Below are positions 1 through 24,900 of a DNA stretch of 64,000 nt, piece by piece. Origin of the DNA: Callorhinchus milii (Eukaryota); NCBI RefSeq assembly GCF_018977255.1, contig NW_024704764.1, positions 9,300,001 to 9,364,000 on the forward strand. Direction: 5' to 3'. Within the stretch, counting starts at the first letter, position 1. Each line of letters begins with the position of its first letter. A program made the translations under genes and the position numbers. A model generated the notes under the pieces. The model had not been told where the DNA came from and ran no database searches. It was given only the letters and a program-made list of their open reading frames with translations.

Positions 1-171
1 GTGAATACGTGCAGCGACACGTTTGTGGGGGGACGTCGCCGCGCGCGATCGGCCGCCGCGTTTCGCCCACAAGACGTACAGTCAATTCACGTCACGGGGT
101 ATTCCTGCGAAGCGCTTTGAGGCGTCTCGAAGACGCGATAAGGCGCTGTAGCAAATACCGGGATCATCATC

Positions 172-501
172 ATCATCATCATTATTATAATAATAATCCT
201 CGCATATAGATATAGCGCTTTTCACGTCGGGAGGACGTCCCAAAGCGCTTCACAGAACACACTGTAAAGTGAATTGACTGCATATTTGTGGGCGAACGCG
301 GCGGCCAATTGCGCACAGCAATGTCCCCACAAACAGTCGTGGATTGAAAATGACCAATTTATTATTGTTTTTGTTTTTGGAGGGATTATTATTAGGCTCT
401 GTGTGGAGTAAGGAAACTTGCCCAAGGTTTCACCCTCTGCCTGGAATTGAACTCAGGTCTCTCACTTGCAAAGCGAGTGCTCTAACCACTGAGCTACAGG
501 A
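172..501 (-). mobile_element. tRNA-derived SINE, near full-length copy with L2-like 3' tail
   Basis: Minus strand begins TCCTGTAGCTCAGTGGTTAGAGCACTCGCTTTGCAAGTGAGAGACCTGAGTTCAATTCC (A/B-box-like tRNA head) and ends ...GAAGCGCTTTGGGACGTCCTCCCGACGTGAAAAGCGCTATATC...(ATT)n. The same family recurs dozens of times in the window. Ends are approximate. Confidence 0.8.
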
Positions 502-1855
502 CCCCACATTATGATCATCATTGCTGTTATTCCAGCGCCTCGGGACGTCCTCCCGACGTGAAAGGCGCTGTACAAACGCAATCATCTTGTTGTTGTTGTT
601 GGTGTTGGGGAGCAGCTGGGCTGGGTTAAACAGTGCAGCTGTCAATCATACCGAGCCCCGCCCCCAGGAGACAGACCACGTGATCCGCCTGATTGACAGG
701 CGGCGGTTCGCCGGGAAAAGACCCGGAGCGCCCATTTCCCGCCCCACTCCCGCATTACCGAGCTCCGGCCTAAACCGCCCGCACAAAACACACTCACCGC
801 CGCCGCCGCCTCCTCCGCCGCCGCCCCCAACCAACCCCTCGGCCCTCAGAGCCCGTCTCCCGTCCTCGACTCCCTCCCCTCCCCTACTGCCCCTCCCTGG
901 AGCTCCCGGCACTCCCCGTCCACCCCTCAACACCGCGCTCGCCCATTGGCCGCCCTCCAAACCAACTCAGCGCCCACCAATCAGCGGCCGAGTCACTCCG
1001 CCCGAGGTTGCCAGGCAACCGACCGAGGCGGCCCTGCAGGCCCGGGGAGTGGGGGGCGTGGCGGGCGTCGCCTCACGTGGCGGCGGCGCTCTCCAAAATA
1101 GTCGTCCCGTCCCCCCGTCCCCCCCCGAGACCAGCGCAGAAACCGCCGGGAATTTCATCAGCCACTCCTCAATGTCAAAACACTTTTTGAAGCGCTGCGC
1201 TGCGTCCACAACAATAAGCCTCACGTTCTTCGAGGCGTCTGAAAGCGCTTCGCGGGACGCGCCGTAGCGTTGGCAGCCAGTGGCGGGCAGCCGTACTCCC
1301 CTCAGTGGGGGCCACGGGGTTCGGGCCCCCCTCCCGCCCACCCCGGGTCAGAACGTAAGCTGACAGTGCAGGGCTGGGGGTGGGGGGGGGGAGTGCCGCA
1401 TCGACACAGGCTCTGACCGAGACGCTTCGCACCGAATTATTATTAAATGGGAAAGTTCAGACTTAGCGTTCAAATCGCTCGCGGCGCCGCCGCCGCCGCA
1501 CGTACCTCTGCGACCCGCAACCCTACCACCCCGGGCCGCTTCAGTCTGCTTCACGTGCCCCCACCATCAGCGGGTTAGCTCGCAGCCATTTTGCTCCTGC
1601 TCTCTGGAGCTCACCCACCCCCCGCCTCACCCTCACCCACCCCGGCTCCGGTACACCCCCACTCAGCTCACTGCTTTGAGATGTCCTCCCGGTGTAAAAT
1701 GCCGCTCTATCGATCTACGTTGCGCTCTCCCAGAGGAATAAATCAAAAAAAAGGGGGAAGGAGACCCCCCCCCTCTAAAAAAAAATGTTTGACAGGGACA
1801 ATAAATTGACAGGTGGGGGGGGGGGAAATCGGGGTGGGGCGCCTTAAGTTCGAAG

Positions 1856-1947
1856 TGCATTGTGGGAACCGTAGTTCCACGTGGTCCCGCGACCTCATTA
1901 GCATGAAGTGCGTCGCCAGCCGCGGGAAACTACAACTCCCGGCATGC
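1856..1947. promoter_or_regulatory. Pair of oppositely oriented ZNF143/THAP11 (ACTACAnnTCCC) motifs with an E-box between them
   Basis: ACTACAACTCCCGGCATGC at 1929-1947 (+), ACTACGGTTCCCACAATGCA at 1856-1875 (-), CACGTG at about 1878-1883. Confidence 0.65.
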
Positions 1948-2166
1948 CCCCAGCGACCCCCCCCCTCCACACCACCACGGAGCCCGGGGTGGGGGGGGAC
2001 CCGCGTGCGCTGCAGGGTCGCCGTGACGCGAACACCTCCCCGGACCAATCGGCGAGGCTCTCTAATCGCGCCTCGGCTGGGGCCCCGACCAATAGCGAGC
2101 GGCGTTGTTGGGTTGGGTCGGGTCGGGTCGGTGGCCGGGACTGGCTGAGCTCCTTCCTCCCGAATC

Positions 2167-16646
<14,480 letters not shown>

Positions 16647-18993
16647 TCTCCCATGTCGCTGATGTTGGTAGAAATCACCAGTCAGTCCCATCAGGAATAT
16701 CCTCCGATCTCTCTGACCTGACCTGACGGCAGCCACTGAACCAGAAAACCTCGCGAGAAATGGGAGGGAAAAGGAGCCCATTGGATTGGGGGAAAAAAAA
16801 GTTTACAGATTCTATCACCCAGTTATATACAGTTATTTCCCACTAACCCACCCCAACACCACTCCCCACCCCTTTCCCCCTGTGGAACTAAAAAAGATCG
16901 AGATATATATATATATATATGCATTGCACATGCTTTTAACACATGGAATGTGACCAGGCAGATTTGCAAAGGCAGTCAGTCTCAGACTTGTTCAAAGCTG
17001 TGTTAAATATTTTCTGATGTTGATTGAGCTGTGACCACATCTAAAACCCACTCCCCACCTTCCTCCCCCCCCCCCCCCACCCACCCCCCACCCTCTGCTC
17101 CTACTCCTTCTCCTATATCTCCTCCTCCCTGAGAAGCACATAGTCTAAAATTATGTTAAGAATTATATTTAAAACATTTTTTGAGAATCAAGTCACTGAC
17201 CATTTTTAATCACGGCAATTTTATTTTAGAGAGAGAGAGAGAGAGAGAGACAAAACAAAGGTTCAATTCCAATAAATGTTATGGCGCTGTATATCTTCTC
17301 CAGACTCGGATTAATCCAGGGTTTGCTACAGGAACAGGCATGGTGGGAGGTGGAGGGGTGGGGGGGGGTGCAATTTGGGGACCTTCTTTGCTGTGGCTTT
17401 AATAATAATAATCCCTGCATTTGATACAGCGCCTTATCGCGTCTTTGAGACGTCTCAAAGCGCCTCACGGGATACACCGCAAAGTGGAGTGACTGTATAT
17501 TTTGTGGATGAAACAAATCTATACCTAGATTTAAGAATTTTAGGAGGGGGTGTGGTTGGGGGGGGGGGCGGTGGGGGTAAAGGGAGAGAGAAGTAAATAT
17601 CCCGATGTACCATCTAACCTGAAACCACAAGCTTTCAAATGGCAGCTCTTGGCCTGATTTGTCACGGAGTTACCAAGAGTGACTTGGCTCAGTAATAGGC
17701 CCATCTAGTCTGAGTCGGTGCTCACACAAGCCACTGGTGAGTGTCCGGGAGCAATGTAATCCTCTTGAAATGAAGCTGCCTGTAGCCTCCCAGTGTGTGA
17801 ACGCCACAGTATTCCCCACCACACGTTTCTCTTCCCTCGATCCACTACCATAAATGGTCAACAGGTCCACGAGGTGAGTAACGTTCTTACTCTGAACTGC
17901 CGTTGGGTTGAAACTGACCCTTGGATTAACTTCATTCGTGCCCTAATGCTTTTTTTTTTTGTGTGTGCAATCGGAAATGAAATTCTACTGTAGCGTCCGT
18001 GTAGCAAACCCGGCAGATGTCTTCGTGCTTTTGCTGCTGGTGCGTGAGCGGGTCGGGGTGAGGATGGGGTGGGGGTGGGGGGGGGGGGATCTGTTTGCCT
18101 GACGAGCGGGAATCGGCGAGCAGAGCCAAGTCAATAAACAGCCTACAGAGCTACCTTGAAACGCAGCCATTTTCTTTCTCCGGTTTCTAAACGGATTGGG
18201 TTCATTTGAGAGTGACCACAAACGTGGTGACCGCTCCGGTTTCGTTAGCGCTACGTGCAACTCGCTCGCAGCTCCGAGCTGTTTTTTAAAACCAGCCCTG
18301 GCCTCCTGCCCTCAAGGTAACCCATTTCCTGTTTCGAAATAAGTTGGGCTGTGTGACGAGCTTCTGAGACGCGAACACACGGGGATCAAATGCAAATATT
18401 TATTCCCGTCCGTTCACACTGTTGAATAGGACAGTCAGACTAAAACCCAAAGCCTATCGGCTGAGGGGTCGTAAGTAAGAGCAGCAAAGGGGTGGGGGGT
18501 TGATGAGGTTCCTGTCTTTGTGGGGTGAGTCCCTGTTTGACAGCTTTTGATCCCTCTTTCCTCTCTCCAGTCGTTGAGACTGATCAAAGCGCTTCACAGG
18601 GTATACGGTAAAACAGAGTGACTGTGTGTTGTGGGTGAGAAGGTGATGTTCTCGGTTTGTCCCAAACCTCTCCATTTATGTCTGACTTAAAAACGACTCT
18701 GCCGGAAAGATACGGACAACCACTCGGGTGAGATGCCAAGAGGCCAATCAATCCCCCCCCCCCCCGCCCCCAAGAAAGAGTCAACACCTTCAGGAGAGAG
18801 AGAGACACACACACACGCACACACCATCAGAACACAGAAATATCTAATTTAAACACCTGCCAACGATGAGGACGTTAAAGTCTATTGCTACCTCTGGAGT
18901 CTATTAGGATGACGGAAATGCTTCACATTTCCCTCGTCTGTCTCACTTCCCCCCCACTGTGCGATTGAGGGGGGGCAGGGGGGAGGAAAACAG

Positions 18994-21900
18994 TCAAATG
19001 TGGGGCGGGGGCTGGGCACAGTCACCGTCTCCGCTCGACTCGCTCTCTATCCTGATCCGGACGAACAGGGTGGCCGGCGAGAGGGAGGTGCCGTCCTTGG
19101 CCAGTAAGTGGACGTGGCGATAGCCTGCGGGAGAAACGGGGAACAGTTAATCGGGTTCCTGGGGCCGGGAGGAACACTGGGGTTGTTATAAACAGAATCC
19201 TCAGCAGCGAGAATGGTCCTGATTGATCGAGTTCTCACGGAAACGTGGAACAGTGTGCGTTGGCGTCAACACGGTATATATTTTGGGGCAACGTGTATAC
19301 CCCCGCACCCCCCCCCACACACGCGTGCGCGCACCTTGCTGGACGCTGGTGAACGGGAGGGTAAACTGCCCGATGAAGTCGTTGCTGCTGGCCGTGTCGT
19401 AATCCTCCACCACAAAGCGGATCAGCGCCAGCTCGGGAACGCTGATCCCGAACCTCAGCACCTCGTTCCACACCGGGTTAAAGCCTGCGATCGGGAACAC
19501 CAACATCAGCCCCGAGCGGTGAGCAGCCACTGCCCCCCTCGGCCACAGCCTCACCACACTGAGCCCCCCCCAGCCTCACCACACTGACCCCCCCCCCCCC
19601 CCCCCCCCACAGCCTCACCACACTGACCCCACCCCCCACAGCCTCACCACACTGACCCCCCACCCCAGCCTCACCACACTGCCCCCCCCCCAGCCTCACC
19701 ACACTGACCCCCCACCCCCCCCACCACAGCCTCACCACACTGACCCCACCCCCCCACAGCCTCGCCACACTGACCCCCCCCCCAGCCTCGCCACACTGAC
19801 CCCCCCCCACAGCCTCACCACACTGACCCCCCCCCCCACAGCCTCACCACACTGACCCCCCCCCCACAGCCTCACCACACTGGCCCCCCTCCACAGCCTC
19901 ACCACACTGACCCCCCCCCACCACAGCCTCACCACACTGACCCCCCCCCCCACAGCCTCACCACACTGAGCCCCCCCCCCACAGCCACGCCACACTGACC
20001 ACCCCCCCCCCCACAGCCTCACCACACTGACCCCCCCCCACAGCCTCACCGCAGCGCGCCCCCAGCCTCGGCCACACTGACCCTCATTCCCTCCCCCCTG
20101 AGATAGTGATACACTCTGTATTTGACACAGCGCCTCATCGCCTCATTGAGACGTCTGAAAAGCACTTCACAGAATATCCTGTAAAGTGTAGTGACTGTGT
20201 TTTTTCGGCCATCATCAAACATCTAAATATCTGCAGCCCCTGAATCCTCCTCCCTAACCCCCCCAATCCAATCCCCCCCGGGGACCTCCCCACCCCTTCG
20301 CTGCTCTCACCATTATTCGTCACGTATCCCGTCTTTCCGGACGCGTTGTCCTCGGGAACACCGTGAACTTCCACCCTCACCTGCGGGTCCACGATGGAGT
20401 TCTTCTTGGTCTTGTTCACTTTGGGCAACTGCTGAGCTGTGATCACCTGTCGCGGAGAGAGAGAGAGAGAGTCCGAGCACTGCAACACCAGCGAACCATC
20501 CCCTCTCCCCCCTCCCCAGACCACACTGAGACACAAAGCAATACTCAGCAACTAGTTATACAGAGCGAGGGAGGGGGCGGTGGGGAGAGGGAGGGGGGGG
20601 CGGTGGGGAGAGGGAGGGGGGGGCGGTGGGGAGAGGGAGGGAGGGAGAGAGGGGGAAAGCCACTGGGCAGAGATGGACAGAAATGACAAGGGGAGAAAAT
20701 GAGGCTGACGCCCAAACACGTGGGGTAAAGTTACATCAATGACCAGCTGTCTCCTGTCCAGCCCGGCCCCCGGCACGGGCTTTGTGGGGCTAAATGCGGA
20801 GTCGCTGCTCCTCATGAAGTCCGGCTTCAGCACGTAACCGCAGCGACCGTTCTGCCGGAACCTTCCCTCGTTCAGGTCCATCTCCGCTCCGCACTTCTGG
20901 AAATTCAGGGAAACTGGAGAGGAGAGAAACAGACGGCGTTAACCCTAAACTCCCGTTTCCCTTCAACGAGCGGAGAATTAAGGTTTTCTTTTAAGATCGC
21001 GCCGTGACCACAGTGTGCGTGTGTGTGTGTGTGCGGCTCCCCTCGTGCAGGGAAGAGTCCCAACTGTCCGGCTACAAACACACAGTCACTGCAGTAAATC
21101 CTGGGAAGTGCTCCTGACGTGATGGGGCGCGATATAATAATAATAATCCTCGCATTTGATATGGCGCGTTTCACGTCGGGAGGACGTCCCGAAGCGCTTC
21201 ACACAACACACTGTAAAGTGAATTGACTGTATATTTGTGGGCGAACGCGGCAGCCAATGGCGCACAGCAATGTCCCACAAAGTGTCGTAGATTGAAAATG
21301 ACCAATTTATTATTGTTTTTGGTTTTGGAGGGATTATTATTAGGCTCTGTGTGGAGTAAGGAAACTTGCCCGAGGTTTCGCCCTCTGCCTGGAATTGAAC
21401 TCAGGTCTCTCACTTGCAAAGCGAGTAACCGAGGTCCGTCCGTCCAGTTCGCCTTCCATCATCCCTGGCCGTGGCTTTGACGGAACCAACGCGAGGCTTA
21501 TTATGGACAGCAATTCCTTAGAGGCTCGCTGGGGTTTTGTGGGGCACCGGGCACCGAACGGAACACGCGGATTGTTTTGACCGGGGGGGGGGGGGGGTGA
21601 GAGGCGAACGTGGAAGCTCCGGCCTCTGGAGTCTCACCGAGGTGACAGCCGGCGTTCCACATGTCCTGGGGGTTGAAGTTGGAGGAGCTGATGCGAGATC
21701 CCAGAGGGTAGACCTTGGACAGCTGCAGGGTGTTATGCCGGACAAAACTGGTCCCTGGGGTGTGGGGGGGGGAGGGGGGGGGAGAGAGAGAGAGAGGAGG
21801 CAGAGATAGAGACAGAGAGAGTGAAATGGATCTCAGACATTGCTTTAACATCCAAACGTCCAAAACCAAACCAAACTTATGGGAGAACGAACCCAAAGGA

Positions 21901-24900
21901 CATTCTTCCTACTCCCACCCCAACCCCTTGACCACCATCACCAGGGCTGATAAATTTTGATACAGAACAGAACGGGTGCTGTTCTCCCTTCTCCATAGAG
22001 CCCCCTCTCAATCCCCAGAGGGGGCTCTCACCACAATCATTGATCAGTTTCTTGGCTTTGGTCTCTGAGAAGGAAGAGGTCTCGCAGGCCACCTGCCGGC
22101 TCCACACAGCCTCGAAGCCCTGGAATCGGGTGTTCCTGCAGTAAACCACCAGCTCAGACATCTCCTGGGTCATTCTCTGCAAAACCAACAGCGGACTTGG
22201 CTTACACAGGGAGCTCAGCTTCCCCCTCACCCCCCACACTTCCCCCTCCCCTCCCTCCACCGTCCCCAACGCAGCTCTCCCCCATCCCCTCCCCTTCTCC
22301 CTCTCCCTTTACCTTCCTGCTTTTCTCTTCATTTGTTACGCTTTCCTCCTCCTCCTCCTCCTCTTCCTCCTCCGGAGTCTCCGAGTCCACGTCCCCCGAG
22401 CCGGTCAGCCTCTTGCCCCTGATCACAATCTTCCCTTTGAGCTCCTGCGGGAATGAGGAGGGACTGACTGACTGACCACAGCCTCGCAGCTCAATGTCAG
22501 TCGCCGCATCAGCGTCAGAGCACGAATGCTCCTCACCCTCACCGCAGACACACGGGAGGACACGGGCCAGGCCGGGCTAGCCTCGGGCCAGGCCGGGCTA
22601 ACCTCAGGCCGGGCCGGGCTAACCTCGGGCCGGGCCGGGCTAACCTCGGGCCGGGCCGGGCTTACCTCGGGTGAGGGCAGCTCCTCGGGCTCTTTGCCGT
22701 CAACTGGGCCGGTGACCAGCAAGTTGCCCAGAATGTTGGTGAAGTGTCGAGCCATCACCATCTGCTGCTCCACCCCACAGTGATTCTCCAGCGACAGGAT
22801 GAGGGGGAAGGGGGACATCTACCACAGACAGCGAGGGGGGGAGAGAGGGGGGGAGAGGGAGAGAATGGAATTGAATGAACTTTACAGCGAAGCATTCAGT
22901 AAGTCACGTCACCAAAATAATAATAATAATATACAATAATCTTTGCATTTGATGTAGAGCCTTATCATGTTGTTGCGACGTCTCAAAGCCTCAAAGTGCT
23001 TCCCAGGATGTGTACTGTAAAGTGTAGTGACTGTGTATTTTGTGGGAGAAACTCGGCGGCCAATCGCGCACGGCAGCGTCCCACCCGCGCACAGTTGTGC
23101 GAGCGACCAAATCGTTATTTTTTGGGGGGGAGGGAAAGCGATCCTCCAATCAACTAACAACCAGGTTCCTACTCACTGCTAATTCAAAATACAAGACGTA
23201 TTGAACAATTTAACCGCGACAGCATTTTGTTTCCCGACAACACGGTGGCCCCGGGAGCCTTACCTTGAAGGCGTAGTCGCGGATGGCTGTGACCACGTCC
23301 TTGAAGAGGATTTTGGAGGTGAGGGTGTGTCCGTGGTACACAACGGGCTCCCCGTTAGCTCCGTCCCAGCAGTCCAGCTCCACACAGCGACAGCCTCGCA
23401 ACAGCGCTCTGACACACACACACACACGCACAGAGACACACACACAGAGACACACACACAGAGACACACACACAGACACACACACAGACACACACACACA
23501 CGCGCAATGTTAGCACACCACCAGCCCCGTCTCACACAACCAAACGGGTTACGAATGAACCTCGTCGCACGGCCTGAGAGTTGATAATAATCCTTGCGTT
23601 TGACACAGAGCCTTATCACGGTATTCAGACGTCTCATAGCGCTTCACGGGACACACCGTAAAGTGGAGTGACTGCGCGCTTTTGTGGGCAAAACCGCGAC
23701 ACAGTGTAAATGTCAGTGGGACGCAGTGCAATACCCCGGGGTTGGGGGAGCGTTGAGGAGGCCTGAAATCAAATGATCCGAAGGCTGTTTTTTCACCCAA
23801 AGTTCTCTCGGACTCCAACCTTCCTCCTACTGATGATATAAGAAGGGTGGGGGGGGTGGAGAGCGGGCGAACGAGTACCTGATATAAGCCTCAGTGCTGC
23901 TGGGTCCTCCCAGCTGGTTCTCCATCAGGTAGGTGTTGTGCGAGGACGAGATGAAGTAGTGGCTGAGGGGCTGCCCCATGTCCTGGTAGATCAGGTCGTG
24001 GCTGTGGTTGAAGATGTCGCCGTCCGGCGAGAGCATGTACATCACAAACCCGTCCCGGGTCAGGAGCTGGTTCTGTTTCGCTGCCGATGGCAAACAGGAT
24101 GAATAGGTTTTTATTAGGGTCTCAAACCGTGAAGGAAAGGGAGCGATTGGGAACTGGAGGAGGCCCTTCAGCCCCTCGAACCTGTTCCCCCGTTCCATTC
24201 CTTCAATCACCCGCCTTCGCCCCATTGGGAGGAACAGCTGCTATGGAGAAGGAGTTGGGGAGTGGGACCGGTTGGTAACTCCTCCAAAGAGCCAGTGCAG
24301 GCACAATGGGCCGAATGGCCTCCTTATGTGCAGTGGGATTCTACGATGCTAGGAAATTGCATACCTTTCTCGTTCAGCTCGTGCCTTTGTATGATGCTCA
24401 GGCCGTTCTCCTCGCTGGGGACCTCCTTCTGCTCCTTCAGGAAGTTGCTGATCTCCCTGACGGCCAGAATCTGGTCCTCGCCCGAGTAATAGTTGAAGAT
24501 CTCCTCCAGCTCCGGCCTCTGCATCAGCAGCTGACAGAACTCCTCGATCTCGTGCTCCTCCAGTTTGCTGCTCTTGGACCTGTCGCACTGCTGTTGACAA
24601 AGACGAGACGAGAAATTGGGAGCAGAGCGTCCCACAAACAGTGGATTGTCTCCATTTTTTTCGTGTGTGTGTATGTGTGACGGGACCACTCATCGACTCA
24701 CCTGGAAGAGGCAGGTGATGTATTCCTCGTTCACCTTCAGGTTGATCATTTTCACCAAGTCCTTGATCTCCTGGAAGCTCATTTCGCTGTCGTTGTCTTT
24801 GTCAGCCTTGTGCAGGTACTGGTGGATCCAGGTGAATGGGACATTAAGGAAATTGCTTAGCAACGATGGGGTTAATAACCGCCGGTAACTATTAATCATA

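Noticed and set aside
430-501. tRNA-like sequences (also about 35686-35757, 37930-38003, 39855-39925)
   Set aside because: Each is attached to the same SINE body and tail. They are SINE heads, not tRNA genes.
967-1341. Protein-looking minus-strand ORF (..DASKNVRLIVVDAAQRFKKCFDIEEWLMKF..)
   Set aside because: It overlaps a degraded SINE-tail motif (GAAGCGCTTTCAGACGCCTCGAAG) in a CpG island, has no recognisable family and no convincing exon context.
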